35,933 nucleotides of DNA from a virus (lineage: Duplodnaviria; Heunggongvirae; Uroviricota; Caudoviricetes). Of the stretch, positions 25,913 through 34,894 are shown one piece after another; position 1 is the stretch's first letter; every line of letters starts with the position of its first letter. The notes beneath the pieces are model-generated. The model was not told where the DNA came from and did no database searches. It was given only the letters and a program-made list of their open reading frames with translations. The stretch is taken from the IMG/VR virus record IMGVR_UViG_2684623171_000008. One strand, 5' to 3'. Position numbers and translations under genes: made by a program.

Positions 25913-28686
25913 TTTCCACTGGTCAGGCCACCCCGCAGCAGGTCTGCTTTGCGGCTGGCGCGTTCAGTGGTTTCACTGATTCTCTGTGCGTGCTCTGCGT
26001 CGCGGATGGCGCGCAGCATGTCAGAAAGCACGGTAACGGGTGTTTTCATGGTGTTCTGGTCCTGCTGAAGTGTGGATGCCAGGCGTGCGGCGGCTTCAGG
26101 GTCTGATGCCCCCAGCTGTGCCAGATAGCTGGCGACCGGGTTATGGCGGATCTCCGTGCTGCTTACGCCATGATTACGGCTCAGACGCTGCCAGAGCTGC
26201 GTGATTCGGCTGTCCGGGCGGGTATCCGGTTTGCGTACAATTTCAAATCCCTGCGGTGCAATGATGCTGCCGTCAACGTACAGACTGCCGCCCCGTAACA
26301 GGTGCTGCATCTGTTGTTCACCGATATGCAGGCCGAGAGATTCAGCAGACTCCCGCCATTCTTTAGCGAGTAACTCGTGGTTATCAGGCAAAGGCCGCTG
26401 CTGTTTGCGGCTCTGTGTCCAGTTCTGCATTTCATCGCTGCTGTTTTTTGCCTGTTTGTCACGAAGCGAACGCATCAGCGCCCGGCGTTCGTGCCGTTTC
26501 AGTGAGCGCATCCATTCATTTACTTCAACGCCGTCAGGAAGCTGCGGCCACGGTGCTGGCCGTTCTTCCGGCTGTTCTGTCCCGTTGTTGCCTGTTTCCT
26601 GTACACGGGGACAGTTATTGCCACGAGTCCAAGGGGCGGCAGGGCCGCCCTGAAGGTCAAAACCATTTTCGCGGGCGCTGTCTTCCGCTTCCGGTTTGCG
26701 TCTTACCAGCTTCCAGTTATCCGGATGCGTGCATACGCGGGAAGACTCCCCAATGAGCGGCGACCAGATCCCGTAAATCTGTACGCTCTGTTCACCGTAA
26801 TCGTTCAGCTCATCTGCGAGGTCGTAGGCGGTGCGAATCAGGTAGTCTTTGCGTGGAACAAGTACGCCACCCTGTTTCTCAATGTAGGTGGCAAAACATC
26901 CGGCATCAGCGGCAGCGAGTACCGCGTCCATTGCGTCATCCTTCAGCCGTTGCGGGCCTTCCGGATTGCGTGCCATCTGGCTGGCAAGGCGGCGCAGTTC
27001 ACGCCACACCTGACGGGAGGGGATGCCAAAGAACTGGAACTGACGGACCCGGTGAAGGCGCGCCCAGCCGATGGCGCGCTCCACGCTCTCGGCCATTGAT
27101 TTACCTGTTTCGTGGTCAACGCGTGGCTTGCCCGTTTTCGGGTCGATGCCATCCACGGCGCGGCTGTCCAGGTTCTTTCCGATGTAGGTGGCGATGTAGC
27201 TGGTTGGCGTGCCTTTTGAGCCGTCGACGTACTCCGCCTTAAAACGCGGAGTTATGTCATCGCCCAGCTCGTGGCGGTCTTCCTGAATGGCAATATCGCA
27301 GACGTGGGACACGATGGTTTCAATCTCGTCCGGATGTGCAAAGACCATCATATGCCAGTGCACAGTGCCGTCATGGTGAGGCTCCACCGTGCGGATGCCA
27401 TACCAGCGCAGGCCGTCGCGGTTCAGTTTTTTGCGGACCGCCGCAAAAAACGTGTTAACCAGGTAATCGCTGGAGTCGCGCATTGTGGCCCCGTTCCATT
27501 TGGGATTCGGATGACCGTTCTCCGTTGTTGCGTGGTATTTTGACGGGCAGGTGACAGTCAGAAACACCGCTCTGTCGCCACGGGCTTCGGCCAGAAGTTC
27601 CAGCCCCTTCATGGTGGCCATCATTTCTGCCTTACGGTGAACCGGGTTACTTACTCCCGCGTAATACACCGTCTCGAGATCAATCGTGAACCCGTCTTCA
27701 TTTTCCAGCATGAAACTTTTCAGGAAATCGCGTGTTTTCTCGCGCTGTGCGCGAAACTCGCTTAACGCGTCCTGGCTCAGATAGGGTGATGTTTTTCTGG
27801 AAACCAGACAGGCGGCGCGGAGTTGTTCTTCCCGCCACTCGCAACGTAACAGCCACAGTTTGCGTTTCCACCATTCCGCACAGGTCAGGCGAAGGATTGC
27901 GCCCGGCAGCAGCTCCGTGTCCGGTTCGTTCCTCCGGTCTTTGTCTGTTGTCAGTGCGTCATAATGTGGAGGCATGGCGTGCAGGTGTAACGCCATGCGG
28001 GCCAGCATCTGATACGCCTTCAGCGTTACATCCATGGTCAGCTCACCATCGGTCGCGCCAAAGCCATCGCAGAGTTTTTCGAAGGTGCTGCTGAACATCG
28101 CCGCCGTCATGGTGGCCAGCGTCTGTATCTGGTGCTTGTTGAGCTGCGGCAGGTAAAGCAAATCATCCAGGCGTTCGCGTCCGGCAAGGGAGCGATAACC
28201 CGGTGTCAGCCAGCGGTGGTCGGTGCGGTCCAGGCGTTCGAATATTTTGCGCAGGGTTCCGCGCGCGTAGCGTTCAGCCTGCCAGCTCTTTTTGCCTTTC
28301 TGGCGATCGGCTTCCTGTTTTTTGCGCAGGAAAGAGAGGTGGCGGCTCAGAGGTTCACGCAGATAAACGGGAAGCACCTTCAGTGTGGCAAAAGCACGGG
28401 CCACCGGGTCTTGTTCTGTTGCCTGACGCTTGCTGATGATGCTTTGTGCCAGCTTTTCACGCTGTCCGGCTTCCTCAAGGGATGCCATGAGTTTTTTACC
28501 CACGGTGGATTGTGCGAAAAAGGCTTCCTCCTTCGCTTCCTGTTCTTCCAGAGCCTTTTTGTCTGCCTCAAGGTAGTAACGGATGGCGCGTTGCAGGTCG
28601 GTTTCAGTTTCCTGCCTGTGCTCCGTAAATCTGGCCGGATCAATGGCTGGCCGTGGTTCATTCCAGCTCCATGCAAACTCATTCAT
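25846..28686 (-). CDS. A: Rolling-circle replication initiator A (P2 gpA-like HUH endonuclease)
   Basis: About 946 aa; HWHMMVF (HUH) motif and downstream Tyr-containing region; ATGA coupling to the upstream ORF. Longer than P2 gpA as recalled from memory. Confidence 0.85.
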   Translation of the reverse strand: MNEFAWSWNEPRPAIDPARFTEHRQETETDLQRAIRYYLEADKKALEEQEAKEEAFFAQSTVGKKLMASLEEAGQREKLAQSIISKRQATEQDPVARAFATLKVLPVYLREPLSRHLSFLRKKQEADRQKGKKSWQAERYARGTLRKIFERLDRTDHRWLTPGYRSLAGRERLDDLLYLPQLNKHQIQTLATMTAAMFSSTFEKLCDGFGATDGELTMDVTLKAYQMLARMALHLHAMPPHYDALTTDKDRRNEPDTELLPGAILRLTCAEWWKRKLWLLRCEWREEQLRAACLVSRKTSPYLSQDALSEFRAQREKTRDFLKSFMLENEDGFTIDLETVYYAGVSNPVHRKAEMMATMKGLELLAEARGDRAVFLTVTCPSKYHATTENGHPNPKWNGATMRDSSDYLVNTFFAAVRKKLNRDGLRWYGIRTVEPHHDGTVHWHMMVFAHPDEIETIVSHVCDIAIQEDRHELGDDITPRFKAEYVDGSKGTPTSYIATYIGKNLDSRAVDGIDPKTGKPRVDHETGKSMAESVERAIGWARLHRVRQFQFFGIPSRQVWRELRRLASQMARNPEGPQRLKDDAMDAVLAAADAGCFATYIEKQGGVLVPRKDYLIRTAYDLADELNDYGEQSVQIYGIWSPLIGESSRVCTHPDNWKLVRRKPEAEDSARENGFDLQGGPAAPWTRGNNCPRVQETGNNGTEQPEERPAPWPQLPDGVEVNEWMRSLKRHERRALMRSLRDKQAKNSSDEMQNWTQSRKQQRPLPDNHELLAKEWRESAESLGLHIGEQQMQHLLRGGSLYVDGSIIAPQGFEIVRKPDTRPDSRITQLWQRLSRNHGVSSTEIRHNPVASYLAQLGASDPEAAARLASTLQQDQNTMKTPVTVLSDMLRAIRDAEHAQRISETTERASRKADLLRGGLTSGNKKQTETGLTNPVNEQKTRSDI

Positions 28687-29072
28687 GGCTGGTATCCCGT
28701 CACGCGCTGCCACTCCTGCGAGAAGAGGGCAGAAAGGCGGTTAAATTCAGCGGTGTATTCACTCAGCGAGGCACACCCGCCAGCAGTGCGATGCGCCAGC
28801 ATTGCCGCAAATACGGAGGCCGGGGAGTCGTAATACGCCAGCAGTGATTCTCCGTGTGGTGTCAGGCAGTGCAACGCCAGCCCGTGTGGTGTGAAGTCCA
28901 CGCGGTAGCAGTCGTCTACTGTGAAATAAAGGGTGTCTGCATTCTCCGGTTTTGTGGTGCGTGCTCTGTTGTCACGACCACGGATGTAGAGATCAAATAA
29001 TCCCTGAAGAACGGGAGCCAGACGGGTGTCCTGTGTGCGCACCCATCTTGTGAAGTCATGAGCGTCAATCAT
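28683..29072 (-). CDS. Hypothetical early-operon protein (129 aa)
   Basis: Translationally coupled to A (ATGA overlap). Confidence 0.45.
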   Translation of the reverse strand: MIDAHDFTRWVRTQDTRLAPVLQGLFDLYIRGRDNRARTTKPENADTLYFTVDDCYRVDFTPHGLALHCLTPHGESLLAYYDSPASVFAAMLAHRTAGGCASLSEYTAEFNRLSALFSQEWQRVTGYQP

Positions 29073-29144
29073 GCTGCAATTCTCTTTACTACAGATGTGC
29101 GAAGGCCTCCCGCCGCAAGGTGCAGGAAAGGCCCGGAACAGGAA

Positions 29145-29375
29145 TTAATGGGGTTTGTTTTGCTGCTCGATGAGCTGCTGAAGCTCGCGCAGATCATCCG
29201 CCAGATAGCTAAATACTGCGGCGGAGTAGGCGTTTGACAGCACGTGGCTGTGCTCATGTGACATGTTGATGAACATGATACGAGCGACGCGTGATGCGCG
29301 GTAAAGTCTGCGGTTGATTTCAGTCTGGATGTGACGACGCGCAGCGTATGCGCGCTGTTGTTTGCGGTTTGCCAT
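29145..29375 (-). CDS. Hypothetical early-operon protein (76 aa)
   Basis: ORF in the early operon downstream of a structured non-coding region. Confidence 0.35.
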   Translation of the reverse strand: MANRKQQRAYAARRHIQTEINRRLYRASRVARIMFINMSHEHSHVLSNAYSAAVFSYLADDLRELQQLIEQQNKPH

Positions 29376-29552
29376 GGGGTGGCCTCTTTGGTTGTAAGTT
29401 TTGAAAACTCACCATCCAGAGGTGGAAAACTCGGGGTGGTGAGACGTACAGGGTTTCCACAACCGGCAACCAAAGAACCCGGCCCGACCGAAGTCGGCCC
29501 TGTACGCCCCACCATAATTCGTGTGCGAAAAAGACGTGGCGATACGGTACGC

Positions 29553-29576
29553 ACAAAAAAACCGCTGGCGCGGTTG
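29553..29576 (-). terminator. Rho-independent terminator-like hairpin within the early operon
   Basis: AACCGC-TGGC-GCGGTT hairpin followed on the minus strand by a U7 run. Confidence 0.45.
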
Positions 29577-29697
29577 TGCGCTTTGGTTGTCAGCGGGGTG
29601 GAAATCCCGGCACCCGTTTTATGAGGTGCAGCGGAAATGTAACCTGACTGATTGCGGCATGGCAAGCGGTTTTTTTGTGTGTGCATGTTCTGGTTTC

Positions 29698-29997
29698 TTA
29701 CTGGTTCAGAAAAAAATCAAAAACCTTGTCAATGCGTTGCAGCAGCTCTTGCTGTATTGCTTCCGGCGTTTCCGGTTCGCCCGGCGCCTCCAACGTCGCG
29801 CAGAAATCAGCGATTTCATGATGGAGCGTCAGGCGAATGGCAGGAGCCGTGGTTCTGGCGTGCTCCAGCTCATTCAGCAGTGCCAGCACAGCAGACGGCG
29901 AGAGCATTGCGCGAAATGCCAGTAATTTTTGAGGCGTTGCCATTCGTTGCAGGGCAAATGCCAGTTCGCGTAGCTTCTGGTGGTTGATGGTGCTCAT
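29698..29997 (-). CDS. Hypothetical early-operon protein (99 aa)
   Basis: ATGA-type coupling with the upstream ORF. Confidence 0.45.
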   Translation of the reverse strand: MSTINHQKLRELAFALQRMATPQKLLAFRAMLSPSAVLALLNELEHARTTAPAIRLTLHHEIADFCATLEAPGEPETPEAIQQELLQRIDKVFDFFLNQ

Positions 29998-30260
29998 GCT
30001 CTGGCTTCCTTCAGTAGCTGGTTAAACATGTGAGTAAGTGGATTGCTACACCCGAACGGCATCGGGTTTACGTGGTAAGAAGCCTGGCCTCCTGTTTTGC
30101 GAGCGCGACCACCTGTGCTGCGGTTTGTTCTGATGACTAAGCCGCCGCGCCAAAGTCGGCGTAACTCAGCATTAATGGCTGTGGTTGGGGTATTCAGTGC
30201 TGCGGCGATCTCTCCGCCGCTACACCCCGGATGAGTAGCGATGTAGTCCAGAATGGTCAT
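29994..30260 (-). CDS. Hypothetical small protein, possible winged-helix DNA-binding fold (88 aa)
   Basis: Translationally coupled on both sides; the fold assignment is a guess from sequence character. Confidence 0.4.
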   Translation of the reverse strand: MTILDYIATHPGCSGGEIAAALNTPTTAINAELRRLWRGGLVIRTNRSTGGRARKTGGQASYHVNPMPFGCSNPLTHMFNQLLKEARA

Positions 30261-30460
30261 CTGCGTGGCTCCTGTACCTGTCGGATAAGATTTACTCGCG
30301 CCACGTTGGTGGCGCAGAAGTAAGTGCCGTCAGTGAGGTAGATGTGGTGTGCATCCTTTTCCGAACGATGTTTGTCGATAGTGGTAATCAGGCGTTCGTC
30401 GACCTCGTATTCGCGCCCTCTGGAGGTAAAGCGAACGACGGGAAAATGCTTAATTGCCAT
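30257..30460 (-). CDS. Hypothetical early-operon protein (67 aa)
   Basis: Coupled to the downstream ORF. Confidence 0.4.
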   Translation of the reverse strand: MAIKHFPVVRFTSRGREYEVDERLITTIDKHRSEKDAHHIYLTDGTYFCATNVARVNLIRQVQEPRR

Positions 30461-30483
30461 TGCGCCCCCTTTGTCCAGTAACC

Positions 30484-30837
30484 CTATGCGTTAAATACGG
30501 CACGTTGCGCGTCATCAATGAATACAGCTTGAGAGCGTTCTATCAGGCGGAGATTTGTCAGAAGCTCTGACTCTTTTGTGTGGTAAGGCGTTATCAGGTA
30601 TTTGCCGTGCAGTTCGGCAATAATGGTGTATTGCGTCATTATTGCCGAACCAAGAATGTAAATGCGGCGTCCAATGCTGGACGGATTCATGGCTGCAACT
30701 GTTGACTGTGTTTTAAGAGTATCGATTTCTTTGCCCTGTTCCTCAATAATTTTGGCTGCGTCAGCGGTGATTTTTGCAATGGTCAGTGCGTGAAGTGCTG
30801 CCATATGTTGGCTACGCTTCACGGCATCTTTAGCCAT
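30484..30837 (-). CDS. Hypothetical early-operon protein (117 aa)
   Basis: First gene after the AT-rich intergenic region containing a T9 tract. Confidence 0.45.
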   Translation of the reverse strand: MAKDAVKRSQHMAALHALTIAKITADAAKIIEEQGKEIDTLKTQSTVAAMNPSSIGRRIYILGSAIMTQYTIIAELHGKYLITPYHTKESELLTNLRLIERSQAVFIDDAQRAVFNA

Positions 30838-30993
30838 TTCATCTTCCGCTTCTGATATTTTTTTTTAATGTGTCGATAATGCCTTCTTCTTTTGCTTTCA
30901 TTTTATATCTCCGTTATTTACGCGTGCGAATACCTCCATTAATACGGATGGTTTTCACGTTTTCTTATTTAATTTGATGTTTTATTTGTATCG

Positions 30994-31107
30994 TTATTCA
31001 TCAGAGAAAAAACGCTCGATCTTTTTCACTGAATTAATAATTCGCATAATCCCAATGGCGCAGACCACCGAAATAATCAGAACAAGCCATGAGATAAATA
31101 TACTCAT
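30994..31107 (-). CDS. Small hydrophobic peptide (36 aa, MSIFISWLVLIISVVCAIGIMRIINSVKKIERFFSDE)
   Basis: Own translation; ATG overlaps the stop of the upstream 81-aa ORF (ATGA coupling); single predicted TM helix. Confidence 0.35.
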   Translation of the reverse strand: MSIFISWLVLIISVVCAIGIMRIINSVKKIERFFSDE

Positions 31108-31349
31108 GCGATATTTCCCAGCTTATACGGTTCAATATGTTCCCCGCATTCTGCGGCACAGATCAGCTCGGAAAGTTCGTTAAGTGCATCCAGATCATCA
31201 GCGTAAAAAGCCACGTCATACAGACTTCGGATTGCTCTGGTCAATGAGTCACGGGCCGCACGTTCAGCATGAGCGCCTGATGCACTTAAGCGAAAATAAA
31301 AACGCTCAAGTGCTTTGTTAATGAGAGTTTTATATTCTTTGCCCATCAC
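31104..31349 (-). CDS. Hypothetical early-operon protein (81 aa)
   Basis: ORF in the early operon. Confidence 0.45.
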   Translation of the reverse strand: MMGKEYKTLINKALERFYFRLSASGAHAERAARDSLTRAIRSLYDVAFYADDLDALNELSELICAAECGEHIEPYKLGNIA

Positions 31350-31357
31350 AACGCCCT

Positions 31358-31645
31358 TTAATCTGCTTTCTGTATTTCAGCTTCTGAATCCATACAAATA
31401 ATTTCGATATAGGGTTCATCGGCATTAACCTGGCGTGCCTTTTCAGCTTCGCTAATGATTTCTCGTACGGTCTGGTACGGAAGTTCCACAAGCAGTCGCG
31501 TGCCGTTCAGATAAACGTAAGTGGCTTCGTCGGTTCCGTTTTTACCCGCCGGAGTCACTCCGTCAATAGCGGATGCACGTAATAACAGTTCACCGCGAAA
31601 ATCAATAAAACGGATAAATACACCTTGTGCATGGTCTTTGGTCAT
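31358..31645 (-). CDS. Hypothetical early-operon protein (about 95 aa; start uncertain)
   Basis: The track ORF would overlap the upstream gene by 100 nt; internal ATG 31645 chosen. Confidence 0.35.
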   Translation of the reverse strand: MTKDHAQGVFIRFIDFRGELLLRASAIDGVTPAGKNGTDEATYVYLNGTRLLVELPYQTVREIISEAEKARQVNADEPYIEIICMDSEAEIQKAD

Positions 31646-31655
31646 AAAGCGCCTG

Positions 31656-31994
31656 TTATAAATCAGCCTGTTTAATAAAACTTTGCCCGCGAAGCAGACG
31701 ATCAACCGTGCGAAGTGCTTCGTATAATGTGAAATCCTGCCCGAACTGATTGTCGCCACAGCTCAATGCAAAAATGCGGTTTCCGGTAAACGGATTGCGT
31801 GGGCATTTGTGGATCACGATTCCAGCTTTCTCAATCAGCCAGGCGTGCTCGCCGATTTGTTTTACTGGGTAGCCATCCGGCGTTGCGTGTGTATCACTCA
31901 GGCTGTAGCGGATGTTGCTGCGTGATGCACTGGTAGTGAAACGGTTAGCGTGGCGTTCTGTTCCGGTACGAAAATTACGGCGTTGCTTCAGCAT
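31656..31994 (-). CDS. Hypothetical early-operon protein (112 aa)
   Basis: Second gene of the early operon after cox. Confidence 0.45.
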   Translation of the reverse strand: MLKQRRNFRTGTERHANRFTTSASRSNIRYSLSDTHATPDGYPVKQIGEHAWLIEKAGIVIHKCPRNPFTGNRIFALSCGDNQFGQDFTLYEALRTVDRLLRGQSFIKQADL

Positions 31995-32008
31995 AAAATG
32001 ACACCTCG

Positions 32009-32287
32009 TTATTTTGTCATCTGCACGTATTTTTCTGCGCTCCTGATTGTTTTCAGGAAAAGAGCGAAGAGATTTACTGTGCGTCTTGAGTTCTTTTCAT
32101 CCTGGTTGATGGGAATTGAACCTCTGTCAGCCTGTCTTTTCACTGTGTTAACAGCTTGGTTGGTACGCTTTGCGTAATCTTTCAGGCTTTCTTCAAGTAC
32201 TGGTAACCCATGCTCATCGCGGTAGGGATAGAACGCTGCTAAACGCTCAAAGTCTGCCTGTTCGTGTGTGTTCAGGACTTTTGCCAT
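32009..32287 (-). CDS. cox: Cox/Apl-like excisionase and early regulator (first early gene)
   Basis: 92-aa basic protein transcribed divergently from C with operators between; assigned by position. Confidence 0.55.
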   Translation of the reverse strand: MAKVLNTHEQADFERLAAFYPYRDEHGLPVLEESLKDYAKRTNQAVNTVKRQADRGSIPINQDEKNSRRTVNLFALFLKTIRSAEKYVQMTK

Positions 32288-32325
32288 GTGTGATAACCTG
32301 CGCTATCTGTGGTTGTTTGTGACTT

Positions 32326-32379
32326 GGTGTACTTATAAGTACACCTTGTGCGCAAGCTTAGTGTACTTATAGGAACACT
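32326..32379. promoter_or_regulatory. Immunity-switch operator pair: 20-bp perfect palindrome GGTGTACTTATAAGTACACC and related repeat AGTGTACTTATAGGAACACT
   Basis: Two related sites 34 bp apart (centre to centre) between cox and C. Confidence 0.5.
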
Positions 32380-32383
32380 GTCA

Positions 32384-32692
32384 ATGCTTATCGGTGAAAA
32401 AATTAGAGTGATTCGTGAATCAGAGGATTTAACGCGCGAAGAATTTTGCGGCCTGATTGATGTGCCTATCGGCACTTTGCGTCGTTATGAAACGGGGCGG
32501 ATTGAAAACATAGGGGGCGAAGTGCTTATCAAGATTGTTAATCACCCTCGCTTTTTTAAGTACATGAATTGGCTTATGACGGGAAAAACAAATGAGGCTG
32601 CTGGGCAGATCAGTCCGTCTCTCTCCCCTGATGGGCCAAAAAGCACATCGCCTTCTCAAAAACCCCGCAAGACTGGCACACAGCCCGGCTAA
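32384..32692 (+). CDS. C: Immunity repressor C (P2 C-like)
   Basis: Start at ATG 32384 (AGGAA RBS); GEKIRVIRESEDLTREEF...GTLRRYETGR HTH region resembles P2 C. Confidence 0.75.
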   Translation: MLIGEKIRVIRESEDLTREEFCGLIDVPIGTLRRYETGRIENIGGEVLIKIVNHPRFFKYMNWLMTGKTNEAAGQISPSLSPDGPKSTSPSQKPRKTGTQPG

Positions 32693-32741
32693 TCATGGAG
32701 CGCTGGGGGCATGGTGGTCTTGTAACGCTGGGGTTTCACGA

Positions 32742-33719
32742 ATGAGCATAAAATCAATTCCGGGAGGGTATCTTCTTGACATGCGCCCTGAGGGGCGTAA
32801 AGGCAAACGCATTCGCAAAAAATTTAAAACGAAATCGGATGCAGTTTTATATGAGCGGTGGGTGCTGGCGCAACAGCATAACAATGAGTGGAAAGGAAAC
32901 TCTATTGATCGCCGTCCTCTGTCAGTGCTTATTGACTTGTGGTGGAAATACCACGGCCAGCTAATGAAGTCAGGGCATAACACGCGCCTTAAATTGCTGC
33001 GCTTGAGTGAGGCAATGGATGACCCGTGCGTGCATAAACTTAATACAACAATGCTCACCGAGCTACGTGTGTCCAGGATAGAGCAGGGGATACAGCCCAG
33101 CACCATAAATCGAGAGATTGGGGCGTTAAGCGCGATGTTTACCGCACTCATCTCATCCGGCCATTTTCTTAATGATAACCCCGTTCAAGGCCTTAAAGGA
33201 ATGAAGGTTAACGAGCGTGAAATGGGATATCTGAGTAAGTCTGAATGTGTTCAGTTGCTGGATGCACTGGCTGAAAATCCCGATGAACGGCTGGCTGTCG
33301 AAATCCTTCTGTCGACCGGGGCGCGATGGGGCGAGGTAGCGGCACTGGAGCAGCGCCGTGTTCTTCATTGTCGAATCACTTTTTCAAAAACGAAGAACAG
33401 CAAAAACCGTACCGTTCCTATTTCTGAAAGCCTGTTTGAAAAGATCAAAAAACGGGGCGGGAAACTGGTGTTTCCGACGCTGGATTATCCATTGGTTCGC
33501 GATGTCATCAAAACGGTCGCACCTGATGTTCCCGACGGCCAGGCTGTTCATGCGCTGCGCCACACCTTCGCCAGTCATTTCATGATGAACGGCGGCAATA
33601 TTCTGACGCTCCAGAAAATTCTGGGGCACGCAAAGATTCAGACAACGATGATTTATGCCCATCTTGCGCCGGATTACTTGCAGGATGCGGTGAGGTTTAA
33701 TCCCTTGGGAGGAATGTAA
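32742..33719 (+). CDS. int: Tyrosine integrase (P2 Int-like)
   Basis: 325 aa from ATG 32742; MSIKSIPGGYLLDMRPEGRKGKRIRKKF, LSTGARWGE, HALRHTFASHF and ILGH...MIYAHLAP resemble P2 Int. Confidence 0.9.
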   Translation: MSIKSIPGGYLLDMRPEGRKGKRIRKKFKTKSDAVLYERWVLAQQHNNEWKGNSIDRRPLSVLIDLWWKYHGQLMKSGHNTRLKLLRLSEAMDDPCVHKLNTTMLTELRVSRIEQGIQPSTINREIGALSAMFTALISSGHFLNDNPVQGLKGMKVNEREMGYLSKSECVQLLDALAENPDERLAVEILLSTGARWGEVAALEQRRVLHCRITFSKTKNSKNRTVPISESLFEKIKKRGGKLVFPTLDYPLVRDVIKTVAPDVPDGQAVHALRHTFASHFMMNGGNILTLQKILGHAKIQTTMIYAHLAPDYLQDAVRFNPLGGM

Positions 33720-33721
33720 CT

Positions 33722-34222
33722 ATGGAAATAAAAAAACCTACAAAAAAAGAGTTATATGACTATTTACTATCGAAATATATAGAAGATAAATGCAAAGAAG
33801 AAGCTGATGAAATCAATAAGAAGTCGATGAGTCGTGTCAAAAAACATAAAGAGCGGCTGATGGAGATTACGCCAGAAATCTTCTTCCGTTTCTTGTCTGA
33901 GAAGGGGGTCTCCAGTGTCTGCCCTTCATGTGGATCGTCGCGATTATCTATTCCTGAAAGTATGGATCTTTGTTGGGATAAAAATAAGAAACCAGAAAAT
34001 TTTAACAATCTACCCTTGGAGGAGCAGAGTGAGTTAATTAAAGAGAACATAAAGCATTATGTATCTTATACTTTTTTTGGTGATGTTAAGAGCATACCTG
34101 ATATGCGCAAAACTTATTACACGCTGCATTGCCTGAATTGTGGTTACCTGAGCCTTTACCGTACGTCTGCGGTGCTGAAGTGGTTGGAGAAAGACAAAGC
34201 GCAGGATGGTGAAAATGGGTAA
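33722..34222 (+). CDS. Hypothetical zinc-ribbon protein (166 aa; CPSCG...CLNCG), AT-rich cargo
   Basis: ATG 2 nt after the int stop; two Cys pairs; no recognisable family. Confidence 0.5.
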   Translation: MEIKKPTKKELYDYLLSKYIEDKCKEEADEINKKSMSRVKKHKERLMEITPEIFFRFLSEKGVSSVCPSCGSSRLSIPESMDLCWDKNKKPENFNNLPLEEQSELIKENIKHYVSYTFFGDVKSIPDMRKTYYTLHCLNCGYLSLYRTSAVLKWLEKDKAQDGENG

Positions 34223-34760
34223 TGCAGCAAGAAACCTTTTCGGTAATTCAGCAGGTAGTATGTCGCATTCTGAGCGTGATGTGCTTTATCATGGCGGCGA
34301 TGGCGGCAGTAGTGGAGGCGGAATGTCAGATAAACTTGAAAGGCGAATTGAGCGACTCGAAGGTGATTTATCGCTAACAAGAAACGACCTTGCGACGCTT
34401 ACTGAACGCACTACAAACCTCTCAACCAAAGCTGATGTTGGTGAGGTGAAAGGTGAGCTCAAAGCAGACATTGCTCATCTGAAAGGTGATCTTAAATGCG
34501 ATATTGCGAATCTAAAAGGTGAGCTTAAATCTGATACAGCTCACCTGAAAGAGCAGCTCAAATCAGACATTAACAGCCTGAAGGGTGAGCTTACCGAAGC
34601 GATGGATAAACGCTTTGACAAGATTATGGATGAGATGAATCGGCGGTTTGACAAGGTTGATGATAATACGAAGTGGCGTTGGAGTGGCATTATTGTGCCA
34701 GTATGCACAACCATTTTCACGGCGGCGGTTGCTGTATTTGTTGCTAAATTTGTTGGCTGA
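34206..34760 (+). CDS. Coiled-coil protein with tandem 11-residue repeats and a C-terminal TM anchor (start uncertain; ATG 34323 has a GGAGG RBS)
   Basis: Repeats DIAHLKGDLKC / DIANLKGELKS / DTAHLKEQLKS / DINSLKGELTE; hydrophobic C-terminus IIVPVCTTIFTAAVAVFVAKFV. Confidence 0.5.
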   Translation: MVKMGNAARNLFGNSAGSMSHSERDVLYHGGDGGSSGGGMSDKLERRIERLEGDLSLTRNDLATLTERTTNLSTKADVGEVKGELKADIAHLKGDLKCDIANLKGELKSDTAHLKEQLKSDINSLKGELTEAMDKRFDKIMDEMNRRFDKVDDNTKWRWSGIIVPVCTTIFTAAVAVFVAKFVG

Positions 34761-34869
34761 TGATCCACAAATTGACCACATCCCTGTTATTTGTTGTGGT
34801 TGGCTGTGTTTTTGTGTGTCTGTAAGTCTTTGATAATTATCTAACTTATTGATTTTTGCTTGTGTTTAT

Positions 34870-34894
34870 GGCCGCTCTGCGGCCTTTTTTCTTT
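34870..34894 (+). terminator. Rho-independent terminator
   Basis: GGCCGC-TCT-GCGGCC followed by TTTTTT. Confidence 0.5.
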
